64,000 nucleotides of DNA from Thermoproteota archaeon (GTDB lineage: Archaea > Korarchaeota > Korarchaeia > B14-G2), in the NCBI GenBank assembly GCA_037917675.1, contig JAVCBW010000005.1:32001-96000 (forward strand), in the 5' to 3' direction. The notes below the pieces were generated by a model. That model did not search any database. It saw only the letters and a program-made list of their open reading frames with translations, and was not told where the DNA came from. Positions 1 to 8,726 of the stretch are shown here, piece after piece. Numbering within the stretch: position 1 is the first letter of the stretch; each line of letters begins with the position of its first letter. Position numbers and translations under genes: made by a program.

Positions 1-645
1 CACTAGGATCATGGTCATCTCATGGGCTTTCTTCAGTTCCTCTAAGACCTCTAGGATCTGGGCTTGCACTGTGACGTCTACTGACGTTGTAGGCTCATCT
101 GCTATCAGGAGCTCTGGCTTCTCGCTTATCGCGCAAGCTATCACAACTCTCTGCCTCATTCCTCCACTGAACTCGTGGGGGTACTGCTTGACCCTCCTCT
201 CAGCATCTGGTATGAGAACTGACTTAAAGAGCGAGACTACACGCCTCCATACAGACCTCTTGTCTAGATTCTCCTCATGAGCCATTATCGACTCAGCTAC
301 CTGGAAGCCGCTTGTGTAAAGCGGGTCTAGCGCAGCTGTCGGGTCCTGGACTATGTAGGCTATCTTCGCTCCCCTGATCTTTCTCATCTCATCTTCTGGG
401 AGCTCTAGCAGGTTTATTCCATTGAACAGCACCCTACCCTTCACTATCCTCCCTGGTGGTGGGATCAGCTTGAGCACTGCTCTCATGGTAACGCTCTTCC
501 CACAGCCTGTCTCACCTACGAGGCCATAGGTCTCACCTCGTAGGACGCTCATGTTGACTCCATCTATGGCCTTAACTACACCAGCATACGTGTAGAAGTG
601 TACATGTAGGTCTTCTATCCTGAGGATCTCTTCTCTCCCGCTCAT
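1..645 (-). CDS. dppD: Peptide ABC transporter ATP-binding subunit (3' part outside window)
   Basis: Not in ORF track. Manual translation from ATG 645 gives MSGREEILRIEDLHVHFYTYAGVVKAIDGV...GLVGETGCGKS (Walker A)...YPHEFSGGMRQRV (ABC signature)...LLIADEPT (Walker B). Lies downstream of two permeases. Confidence 0.93.
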   Translation of the reverse strand, partial: MSGREEILRIEDLHVHFYTYAGVVKAIDGVNMSVLRGETYGLVGETGCGKSVTMRAVLKLIPPPGRIVKGRVLFNGINLLELPEDEMRKIRGAKIAYIVQDPTAALDPLYTSGFQVAESIMAHEENLDKRSVWRRVVSLFKSVLIPDAERRVKQYPHEFSGGMRQRVVIACAISEKPELLIADEPTTSVDVTVQAQILEVLEELKKAHEMTMILV

Positions 646-652
646 GCTCCCA

Positions 653-1675
653 CTACTCTCTTCCAGCTGCAAACTCTATGCGCCTCCTTATCCTAGGGTC
701 TAGCACGTCTCTGAAGCCGTCTCCTAGCAGGTTGAAGCCTAGTGCTGTAACGAACACTGCTGCCCCTGGGATTATAGAGTACCAGGGAGCCATCATGAGG
801 TAGTCTAGGCCATCGTATACTATCCTGCCCCACTCTGGAATGGGTGGCTGGGCTCCAAGCCCTATGAAGCTGAGAGCAGCGTTCAGTATCACTACTGTGC
901 CGAAGTCTAGAGTCGCCAGGACTACGATAGGAGAAACTATGTTAGGCAGTATGTGCTTGACCATTATCCTTAGGCTGCTGACCCCAATAGCCCTCGCAGC
1001 CTCAACGTAGACATTTTCTCTCGCGCTCAGTACCTGCCCTCTGACCAGCCTCACATAGCTTGGCCACCATACTATGGTTAGTGCTATTATAGCACTCTTC
1101 AAGCCAGCTCCCAGAGAGGCTGCTATAGCCATCGCTAAGACTAGTGCTGGGAAAGCCAGGAATACGTCTGTCACTCTCATGATGAGCTCATCGACCTTCC
1201 CGCCGTAGTAGCCTGAGAGCAGGCCTAGGAGTATTCCAGGTGGCACCCCGAGGGATATCACTACTATGCTGACTATCAGCGACACCCTTGCTCCAGTGAG
1301 CACTCTAGCAAAGAGGTCTCTGCCATACTCGTCGCAGCCAAATGGGTGGAGGAAGCTTGGCTTCCCGAGGCGTGGCCCAGCGAAGATCTTGTATGGGTCT
1401 AAAACTACCTTCTGCTCTATGACACCTCTGCTATAGAGGAACCCATATAGGCTGTTGATTAGCATGAGGATCTGTGGCCCGAACACCCCTAGGATTAGGA
1501 AGGCTAAGGCCATTGCAGCTCCAGCCTTAGCTAGAGGAGATCTCTTGAGCGCCTCATACATCAGCCCCCACTCTTCGAACATTGCTCTACGCTTCTTCTT
1601 CCACTCCCTCCACTTCTCTCCATAGCCTACTAGATCTAGGAGCTTATCTACTCCATGCGCTAGCTTTTCTATCAT
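653..1675 (-). CDS. dppC: Peptide ABC transporter permease (DppC/OppC)
   Basis: HPFGCDEYGRD, EAA loop YVEAARAIG, HILPN, LGDGFRDVLDPR motifs. Confidence 0.93.
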   Translation of the reverse strand: MIEKLAHGVDKLLDLVGYGEKWREWKKKRRAMFEEWGLMYEALKRSPLAKAGAAMALAFLILGVFGPQILMLINSLYGFLYSRGVIEQKVVLDPYKIFAGPRLGKPSFLHPFGCDEYGRDLFARVLTGARVSLIVSIVVISLGVPPGILLGLLSGYYGGKVDELIMRVTDVFLAFPALVLAMAIAASLGAGLKSAIIALTIVWWPSYVRLVRGQVLSARENVYVEAARAIGVSSLRIMVKHILPNIVSPIVVLATLDFGTVVILNAALSFIGLGAQPPIPEWGRIVYDGLDYLMMAPWYSIIPGAAVFVTALGFNLLGDGFRDVLDPRIRRRIEFAAGRE

Positions 1676-1684
1676 GCTCTGACC

Positions 1685-2695
1685 TCACAGCCTGACTCTT
1701 GGGTCTATCCAGGCATAAAGTATGTCGACGATCAGGTTTGCGAAGATGTATACTAGGCCTATTAGCAGGGTGACTCCGATTATGGCAGGGTAGTCTAGCG
1801 AGTATGCTGCCCGGACAGCATATCTTCCTACGCCAGGCCTAGCGAACACGGTTTCAGTTATCACCGCCCCGCTCAGTAGGCCTCCAAACTGGAGGCCTAG
1901 GACAGTCACTACTGGAACAAGTGCATTCTTGAGAGCATGCCTGTAGACTACCCACCTGTTTGGTAGCCCCTTCATCTTCGCATAGTCTACGAAGTCAGAG
2001 CCTAATGCATCTAGCATACTGCTCCTAGTTATCCTCGTGACTATCCCCATGCCTAGCATGGACAATGCTAGTGCAGGAAGTATTATCGTCTTGAGGTTTT
2101 CTGTAAACGCATGCCAGTCGCCGCACAGGAGGCTGTCTAGGATGTATAGGCCTGTTCTCACGACTTCAGGCTTAACTCCTCTACCACCTAGGGGGACAAG
2201 CCTGAGCTTGAAATAGAACACATACTGGAATAATATTGCAGTCAGGAATATGGGTAGAGAGGTCCCTATCAGAGAGAACACGCGTGCAATGTGGTCTATT
2301 ATAGAGTCTCTTTTGAGAGCTGATATTATGCCGAAAGGTACTCCAACAGCTATTATCAGTATCTCAGAGAGTATCGCCAGCTCAGCTGTAGCTGGAAAGT
2401 AGGTCTTAATGTCATCTATTACCTTCCTGTTGGTCACGGGAGACTTCCCCCAGTTCCCAGCGAAAACATCTCTCATGTAGTAGCAGAATGCAGTATACCA
2501 TGGCTTATCCAGGTAGTACTGCCTCCTGATCTTCTCAAGAACCTCTGGGTCAACAGCCTTTTCAGGGCCAGCCCACAGCCTAGCTGGATCTCCTGGAACC
2601 ATGTGGGAGACAAAGAACACTAGGAAGAGCATCCCAATGACTGTAGGGAGGAAGGTTATCACTCTACGTATCAGGTAGTACTTTAGCTCTGCCAC
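1685..2695 (-). CDS. dppB: Peptide ABC transporter permease (DppB/OppB)
   Basis: PGDPA, FPATAEL, RHALKNAL, ITETVF and IDPRVR motifs. Confidence 0.93.
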   Translation of the reverse strand: MAELKYYLIRRVITFLPTVIGMLFLVFFVSHMVPGDPARLWAGPEKAVDPEVLEKIRRQYYLDKPWYTAFCYYMRDVFAGNWGKSPVTNRKVIDDIKTYFPATAELAILSEILIIAVGVPFGIISALKRDSIIDHIARVFSLIGTSLPIFLTAILFQYVFYFKLRLVPLGGRGVKPEVVRTGLYILDSLLCGDWHAFTENLKTIILPALALSMLGMGIVTRITRSSMLDALGSDFVDYAKMKGLPNRWVVYRHALKNALVPVVTVLGLQFGGLLSGAVITETVFARPGVGRYAVRAAYSLDYPAIIGVTLLIGLVYIFANLIVDILYAWIDPRVRL

Positions 2696-2781
2696 CTACA
2701 TCCCCTGCCCTAGCCTTGGAAAAGCCCCTAAAAAGGCTTACGGAGAGAGCTATGAGCTGGAAGTAGGTCAGGATAACTGCT

Positions 2782-2788
2782 AAAAAAA
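2782..2788 (-). terminator. Candidate oligo-T terminator between the binding-protein and permease genes
   Basis: A7 on + strand (T7 on -) about 30 nt downstream of the binding-protein stop codon; archaeal intrinsic terminators are oligo-T tracts. Confidence 0.4.
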
Positions 2789-2815
2789 TGTTGGGATAGA
2801 GAGTGCTAGAGGAAG

Positions 2816-4828
2816 CTAGCCTACAATCACTCTGCCTGATGGAGCGACCATGATGATGTCCTTTGTAGTCTTGAATATCACAGCTTCAGCTGGGCTTAGC
2901 CAGATTACCTCTAGGCCTACGAACTTATATCCTCCTGTTGCCAGTGGATACGCGAAGTTATCTGGGTCAGCGTAGTCTGCACCCCAGCCTATGATGCCTA
3001 CATCGAAATCTCCGGTCTCCAGCTTGTCTATGTAGGTCGGCCATGCATATGCTGTGACCTTCACCTCCTTAAAGCCTAGCTGGCTCCATGTCTGCTGTAG
3101 GATTGTTGCTATCTGCTCTCTGACCTTGTTGCCCTCGTTGTATGCTATCTCAATGCTGTACTTCGATAGGTCTACTCCAGCCTGCTTGAGTAGCTCTTTC
3201 GCCTTCTCCAGGTTTAGATCATATTTCGTTATACCCTCCTCTGTATAGCCGAAGAGCCCTCTGATTATTGGGCCATAGACTGGGTCTCCATGGCCCATCA
3301 CTACTGTCTTTATTATCTCGTTGTAGGGTATTGCCCAAGCTAGAGCCTGTCTCACTAGCTTGTTGTTGAATGGTGGCTTAGCACAGTTTGGCACCAGGTG
3401 TACTTGAGCTAGGTCATAGCCTCTGCTCTCCTGGATGAACCTCCAGGTCTTCCCACCGTACTCTAGGGTTACTCCCTCCATTTGGGCTTCTACTGGAGCT
3501 GGTACATAGCCGAAGTCGGCGTCGCCAGCCTTCAGTGCTAGGATCCTACTCTGAGCTTCTGGGACTATCTTGTAGATGAACTCCTTTATCTTAGGCTTCG
3601 GTAGCCCCCAGTAGTATGGGTTGGGCTTTAGCACGACTTGAGCTTCATGCTCCCATGACTCGACGTAGTATGCTCCAGTCCCACATGGATGCTCATATAG
3701 GTACTCGGTGGCCCATGGGTCAGCTGGGGTTGCATGAGCCTTGACATACTCTTCTGAGACTATTGAGCCTACTATCGATGCTAGCAGTGGGAGAGCTGGA
3801 TATGGCTCTATCATAGGGACCTTCACGAAGCCTGCTATCTGGAAGTCCTTCTGGTATGGGACTTCAGGGAACTCCTTCTTGAAAATGCTAACCCACTCGT
3901 CTAGGCTCTTGACTGTATACGACTTGCCCTTTACCGGTACATCTAGGCCTCTTGCGAGCACATCGCTCATCTCACCATCGCTTACAACCGTGACTGCATC
4001 GACATCTATGAAATCTGTTATTATCCAGCATGGGCTCTCCTTTACCCCAGCAACCCTCTTTATCGAGAAGACGACATCAGATGGCTTCAGGTCATAGGTC
4101 TTGCCCTCATATGGGTCATAGAACTTCACTCCATCTCTTATCGCAAAGTAGTAGTTTAGCCCATCTGAGCTTACTGCCCATGCGACAGCTAGCCCAGGGA
4201 TCACGTAGTCAGTGTGGTCTAGGTAGTATTCTACTAGCCTCTCATACACGTTTCCAGCTATGAACCAGCCTGCTGACTCATATGAGACTGCTGGGTCGAG
4301 GGACTCAGGCTCACCTATCGTGACATACACTATCTGCTCTGGCCTTGGTGCACTGGGATCCTTCTCAAGCCAGTTTATCTTGAAGTCTGGGGCTATTGGA
4401 TTCATGTAGAAGTTCTTTACCCACTCCCAGTAGTGTAGCCTTATGTGAGGCTGGTATAGGTAGATTAACGGGAGCTCATCGTTAGCTAGCCTCTGGACTG
4501 CAGCATAGAGAGCTGCTCTCTTGGCAGCATCTGTCTCGTATCTTGCTGCTAAGATCAGAGCTGAGAGCTCCAGGCTATAGAGGCCACCTGGGTTTATGTT
4601 AGTCCATCTCATTAGCTCTCCTTCAGGTATCTTTATGGCTTGGTCATATACCACGACAAAGTTCGGCTTTACTGGAACCTCTTTTGTAACCTCCTTAACA
4701 ACCTCCTTAGTCTTGATGACCTCCTTTGGGACCTCTCTGACGACTTCCCTTGGAAAAGCTCCATATACCACTATACCGCCTATCAGTATCCCTACTATGA
4801 ACACTACAGCAAACTTCGCAGCTGACAT
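2816..4828 (-). CDS. dppA: Family 5 peptide-binding protein, circularly permuted, with N-terminal membrane anchor
   Basis: Start moved to ATG 4828 (GGTG RBS and TATA upstream, followed by a hydrophobic anchor). Motifs EPESLDPA, GTGAYYV, RQALAWAI, GWGADYADPD. Segment order is permuted (see findings). Confidence 0.9.
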   Translation of the reverse strand: MSAAKFAVVFIVGILIGGIVVYGAFPREVVREVPKEVIKTKEVVKEVTKEVPVKPNFVVVYDQAIKIPEGELMRWTNINPGGLYSLELSALILAARYETDAAKRAALYAAVQRLANDELPLIYLYQPHIRLHYWEWVKNFYMNPIAPDFKINWLEKDPSAPRPEQIVYVTIGEPESLDPAVSYESAGWFIAGNVYERLVEYYLDHTDYVIPGLAVAWAVSSDGLNYYFAIRDGVKFYDPYEGKTYDLKPSDVVFSIKRVAGVKESPCWIITDFIDVDAVTVVSDGEMSDVLARGLDVPVKGKSYTVKSLDEWVSIFKKEFPEVPYQKDFQIAGFVKVPMIEPYPALPLLASIVGSIVSEEYVKAHATPADPWATEYLYEHPCGTGAYYVESWEHEAQVVLKPNPYYWGLPKPKIKEFIYKIVPEAQSRILALKAGDADFGYVPAPVEAQMEGVTLEYGGKTWRFIQESRGYDLAQVHLVPNCAKPPFNNKLVRQALAWAIPYNEIIKTVVMGHGDPVYGPIIRGLFGYTEEGITKYDLNLEKAKELLKQAGVDLSKYSIEIAYNEGNKVREQIATILQQTWSQLGFKEVKVTAYAWPTYIDKLETGDFDVGIIGWGADYADPDNFAYPLATGGYKFVGLEVIWLSPAEAVIFKTTKDIIMVAPSGRVIVG

Positions 4829-4864
4829 GCACCCACCTTCAAGCGTTATGAGGTACTTGCTCCA

Positions 4865-4872
4865 CTTAAAAA
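4865..4872 (-). promoter_or_regulatory. TATA box of the peptide transporter operon
   Basis: TTTTTAAG on - strand 37 nt before ATG 4828. Confidence 0.55.
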
Positions 4873-4979
4873 TATTATTGGCTCGCTGCTTGGGAGCCTC
4901 TTCAGTAGGAGAAAGCTGATTAGCTGTGTTGTCAAGCAAGAGGGTTTGTACTGGCTTAGGCTCCTATGGCCTCCAGAGG

Positions 4980-5774
4980 CTAGACAAGGTATGCAGTTCT
5001 CAGCATATCTCTTATTCCTGTTCCGAAGCCTAGAGATGTCAGTATCCCTTTGATCAGCTCTCCTCTCCACTCTAGCTCAGGAGAGGAGAGGAGCTTGGCA
5101 AGCAGCAGGGCTACCATAGACTTTAAGGCTATGAATAGAGCTGCAGCTATAGGATATGGTTGGATGCTGAAGATCAAGCGTGGAATCACATGCTGCTCAC
5201 TATAGCCTTGGCTTAGAGCTACTGTAGTTGCTGTAGCATCGAAGTACTGGCTGTGAACTAACGCGGCTGTCGACTTCTGCTCGATAGCTATGTAGGCTGC
5301 TACCATGGGAGCGTTGAGTACTAGGGTGTAGGCTAGAGCCATGAGGTTCTTGGGAGCTCCTAAGAGAGCTAGTACTGCTATAGATGGTATGGGGACTAGC
5401 TGGAATAGGAGAGGGGAGCCAAGTATCTTCGATGCTATCGCTGCCACGAGGAATATGGCAGCCATCAGGACGAATATCAGAGGGGTTACGAGGAGGAGCG
5501 ACTGTATGGCCTCTGAGTCTCTTGCGGCTCTCAGTAAGCCTGCCATGACACCATATAGCACCATTGATAGAGTAAACTTCCTTGTCCCAATGAACCCCTC
5601 AAGAAGCTTCAGCTTCTCAAATATCTTTACTATCATGAGGAGAGCAGCTAGGAACACGATAACATAGACAGCTGTGTTGACTGGGTTGTATCCTGATCCC
5701 TTTAGCATGGGCTCTATGAAGTACTTCTCTATGAGCTCACAGAGACGCCTCATGAGCTCTTGGAGTAGAGGCAT
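4980..5774 (-). CDS. DUF63-family integral membrane protein
   Basis: GYNPVNT near the N-terminus and DATAT...GYSEQHV motifs typical of archaeal DUF63; multi-TM. Confidence 0.75.
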   Translation of the reverse strand: MPLLQELMRRLCELIEKYFIEPMLKGSGYNPVNTAVYVIVFLAALLMIVKIFEKLKLLEGFIGTRKFTLSMVLYGVMAGLLRAARDSEAIQSLLLVTPLIFVLMAAIFLVAAIASKILGSPLLFQLVPIPSIAVLALLGAPKNLMALAYTLVLNAPMVAAYIAIEQKSTAALVHSQYFDATATTVALSQGYSEQHVIPRLIFSIQPYPIAAALFIALKSMVALLLAKLLSSPELEWRGELIKGILTSLGFGTGIRDMLRTAYLV

Positions 5775-5780
5775 CTGAGC

Positions 5781-6578
5781 TCACCAGCTCCCTACTAGCA
5801 GGCAGCTCGCTGCTAGCAGGGCTAGTGCTGCTGCTATTAGAGCAAGCCAGGCTCCCTGGCTCCATGTAGCGACCTTGCGGCCATCTAGCTCCCATAGGGG
5901 GATTAGGTTGAAGAATGCTAGCCAGCTGTTTATCTCAGCTGAGTACCTTAAGATGCTTGTAGCAAGTAGCCCTGATGTCAGTGGAGCTAAAGCTAGGGAG
6001 GCTAGAGCTAGAGCTATATTGGTCAGCGGCCCTGCTGAAGCTATCAGCCCTAGATCTCTTCTCCTCCACTGGTATGCTGCAGCTATCACTACAGCACCTG
6101 GAGCAGCAAAGAGGATGAACCCTGTCAGCGACGTGGCCAGCATTATGAGAATCCCTGTCCAATAGGCTCTGAACTCCGCCTGGTACCCTAGATGCTGAGC
6201 TGTGAACTTGTGAGCTAACTCATGTAGCAGGAAGCCTGCTGTCACTCCAGGTGAGATGGCTAGAAGCGTCCTCAGCCCTCCTCTCTCTAGTATCCAGACG
6301 GAGAGTAGCAAGGCTGCTAGAGCTAGAGCCATGTCTGATAGCTCCCTACCTGTGAATCTTAGCCTCCCTCTGACTGGAATCTGGTACCATGGGCTGATAT
6401 GGTAGCGATTTAGAGGCCTTAAGGCAGCTGGCTCCTTTGATAGCATAGCTCCACAGTTCGCACAGTGGTATCCTAGCTCAGGAGACAAGCTGCACCTTTT
6501 ACAGAACACTGACCCACAGCTACTGCAGTAGTATGCGTCGCCGTGTATCAGCTGACCGCAGTAGCTGCAGGTAGGCAA
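5781..6578 (-). CDS. Site-2 protease (M50) with N-terminal double zinc finger
   Basis: HELAH, AGPLTN and FNLIPLWELDG M50 motifs; four CxxC in the first ~45 aa; TTG start with GAGGTG RBS. Confidence 0.88.
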   Translation of the reverse strand: MPTCSYCGQLIHGDAYYCSSCGSVFCKRCSLSPELGYHCANCGAMLSKEPAALRPLNRYHISPWYQIPVRGRLRFTGRELSDMALALAALLLSVWILERGGLRTLLAISPGVTAGFLLHELAHKFTAQHLGYQAEFRAYWTGILIMLATSLTGFILFAAPGAVVIAAAYQWRRRDLGLIASAGPLTNIALALASLALAPLTSGLLATSILRYSAEINSWLAFFNLIPLWELDGRKVATWSQGAWLALIAAALALLAASCLLVGSW

Positions 6579-6610
6579 GCTTACACCTCATGCACTAGAG
6601 CTTCAGCTTC

Positions 6611-6658
6611 TTTTAAAGAAGTTGTGTCAGATGACGCTCTGACCGCAAGCTTTAATTT
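6611..6658. promoter_or_regulatory. Divergent promoter pair with central inverted repeat
   Basis: TTTTAAAG (6611-6618) and TTTAATTT (6651-6658) flank GTCAG-N8-CTGAC (6626-6643). Confidence 0.45.
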
Positions 6659-6676
6659 CATACACTAGCTCCCAGA

Positions 6677-6997
6677 GTGGGTAGCATGAGGAAGGCTAGG
6701 AGAAGCAAGGAGGTCAAGGTATGGGCTAAGCTCCCTCGTGAGCTTGTAGAGCAGATTGAAGCTATAGCTAGAGAGGAGAGGAAGAGCAGAGCTATGATCA
6801 TAGGGCAGGCAGTCGATGACTATGTCAGAAGCTGGAAGCTTAGGAAGATGCTTGAGAGGTATAGGAGAGGAGAGCTTACACTGTCTGAGGCTGCAGACAA
6901 GCTTGGCATGAGCGTGTATGCTCTGCTTGCAATGCTAGATGAGGAGGAAGTCGACCTACTCGAGGAGGTTGAGGAGGCTCAGCTCACGTATGCTTGA
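6677..6997 (+). CDS. Ribbon-helix-helix + UPF0175-type HTH protein (antitoxin-like regulator)
   Basis: VWAKLPRELVEQIE..A.EE.KSRA.II..AV (RHH) followed by YRRGELTLSEAADKLGMS (UPF0175 HTH); start may be ATG 6686. Confidence 0.75.
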   Translation: MGSMRKARRSKEVKVWAKLPRELVEQIEAIAREERKSRAMIIGQAVDDYVRSWKLRKMLERYRRGELTLSEAADKLGMSVYALLAMLDEEEVDLLEEVEEAQLTYA

Positions 6998-7427
6998 GAG
7001 TTTTTCTCATGACTATCGCAGGGCAACCGTCCTCATAGTATAGGGGTATCCTCCCAGCTTGCTTATAGCCAGCAGACGAGTAGAGGCTTATTGCAGCATA
7101 GTTGTCCTCTCTGACCTCCAAGTAGACTTCCTCCGCGCCCTTCTTCTTGAGCTCCTCTTCTATAGCTTTCAGCAGAACTCTGCCAAGCCCCCTCCTCCTG
7201 TGCTGCTTGGATACGCATATCGATAGGAGATGCCCTCTCCTGCCTTCTATCCTCCCAGCTGCATATCCTACAAGCTCACCTGAAGCCTCACATACCAGGA
7301 GCTTGTGAGCTGGGCTCTTGAGCATGTATCTTATGAGAGCAGGTGGATATGGTGATGTAAAGCACTCTAGCTCGAGCTTCAGTATGCTCTTCAGGTCGCT
7401 TTCCCTACCCTCCCTGACCTGCTGCAA
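6984..7427 (-). CDS. rimI: Protein N-terminal acetyltransferase (RimI/Ard1, GNAT)
   Basis: RRRGLG acetyl-CoA motif, LEVREDN, YYEDG. Confidence 0.88.
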   Translation of the reverse strand: MQQVREGRESDLKSILKLELECFTSPYPPALIRYMLKSPAHKLLVCEASGELVGYAAGRIEGRRGHLLSICVSKQHRRRGLGRVLLKAIEEELKKKGAEEVYLEVREDNYAAISLYSSAGYKQAGRIPLYYEDGCPAIVMRKTLKHT

Positions 7428-7478
7428 GGCTAGCCCTAACTCTTATTACCAGGAGGATTTTAACCTGCTGGTGGTAGC

Positions 7479-8726
7479 TTGGACTACCGTGTAAGAGACC
7501 TCAAGCAAGCTGGTAGTGGGAGGCTCAAGGTGGAGTGGGCAGAGAGATACATGCCAGTGCTCATGAGGATAAGAGAGGAGTATTCTAGGAGCAAGCCCCT
7601 CATAGGTGTGAGGATTGGTGCATGCTTGCATGTGACGAAGGAGACAGCTGTCCTCGTTAAGACTCTTAGAGCTGGTGGAGCTGAGGTGTATTTGTGTGCT
7701 TCTAACCCCCTCTCTACCCAGGATGACGTTGCAGCAGCTCTTGTCGAAGAGGGCATCTCAGTCTTCGCGTGGAGAGGAGAGAGCAGTGAAGAGTACTATT
7801 GGAGTATTGAGAGAGTGCTCAGGGAGAAGCCTCAGATCCTGTTAGATGATGGAGCAGACTTGATAGCGACAGCACACGCTAAGGGTATGCTCGACGACGC
7901 TATCGGAGGGCAGGAGGAGACTACAACTGGTGTGATAAGGCTTAGAGCTATGGAGAGGAGTGGAGACCTCAAGATCCCTGTCATAGCAGTTAACGACGCT
8001 AGCTCAAAGAGGCTCTTCGACAACTACTATGGTACTGGGCAGAGCAGCTTGCATGGGGTGCTCAGGTGTACTAACATACTGCTCCCAGGGAAGAAGGTTG
8101 TAGTTTTGGGATATGGGCACTGTGGGCAGGGGATTGCAAGGATGGCTAGAGCTATGGGAGCACACACTATAGTGTGTGAGGTAGATCCCATTAAGGCTCT
8201 GAAAGCCTACTATGATGGACATGATGTGATGCCTTCCCTTAAGGCAGCTGAGATAGGAGATGTCTTCATAACAGCCACTGGGTGTAAGGATGTCCTGACG
8301 AGAGAGCACTTCATGAGAATGAAGTCAGGAGCAATCCTGGCGAATGCAGGGCACTTTAATGTGGAGGTCAGCATACCGGACTTGAAGTCAGCTAGCAAGA
8401 GAGTCAGGAGGATAAGAGGTGATGTTGAGGAGTATGAGCTTGAGGACGGCAGGAAGCTATATCTACTCGCTGAGGGGAGGCTTGTGAACTTGGTTTGTGG
8501 AGAAGGCCATCCAAGCGAGGTAATGGACCTCTCGTTCAGCCTTCAAGCCCTCTGCGCGAGGTATCTTATGGAGAACTGGAGAGAACTTGAGAGCAAGGTC
8601 TATGATGTCCCAGAGGAGGTGGATAGGAAGGTAGCTGAGCTCAAGCTAGAGACACTGGGTGTTGAGATAGATGAGCTCACAGAGGATCAGAGGAGGTACC
8701 TGGAATCCTGGAGGCTAGGGACTTAG
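7479..8726 (+). CDS. ahcY: Adenosylhomocysteinase
   Basis: ACLHVTKETA, SNPLSTQDDVAAA, EETTTG, FDNYYGTGQS, GHPSEVMDLSF. Confidence 0.97.
   Translation: MDYRVRDLKQAGSGRLKVEWAERYMPVLMRIREEYSRSKPLIGVRIGACLHVTKETAVLVKTLRAGGAEVYLCASNPLSTQDDVAAALVEEGISVFAWRGESSEEYYWSIERVLREKPQILLDDGADLIATAHAKGMLDDAIGGQEETTTGVIRLRAMERSGDLKIPVIAVNDASSKRLFDNYYGTGQSSLHGVLRCTNILLPGKKVVVLGYGHCGQGIARMARAMGAHTIVCEVDPIKALKAYYDGHDVMPSLKAAEIGDVFITATGCKDVLTREHFMRMKSGAILANAGHFNVEVSIPDLKSASKRVRRIRGDVEEYELEDGRKLYLLAEGRLVNLVCGEGHPSEVMDLSFSLQALCARYLMENWRELESKVYDVPEEVDRKVAELKLETLGVEIDELTEDQRRYLESWRLGT

Noticed and set aside
6677-7427. RHH-GNAT toxin-antitoxin pair
   Set aside because: The genes are convergent, not co-transcribed, and the GNAT has the motifs of the housekeeping RimI/Ard1 acetyltransferase.
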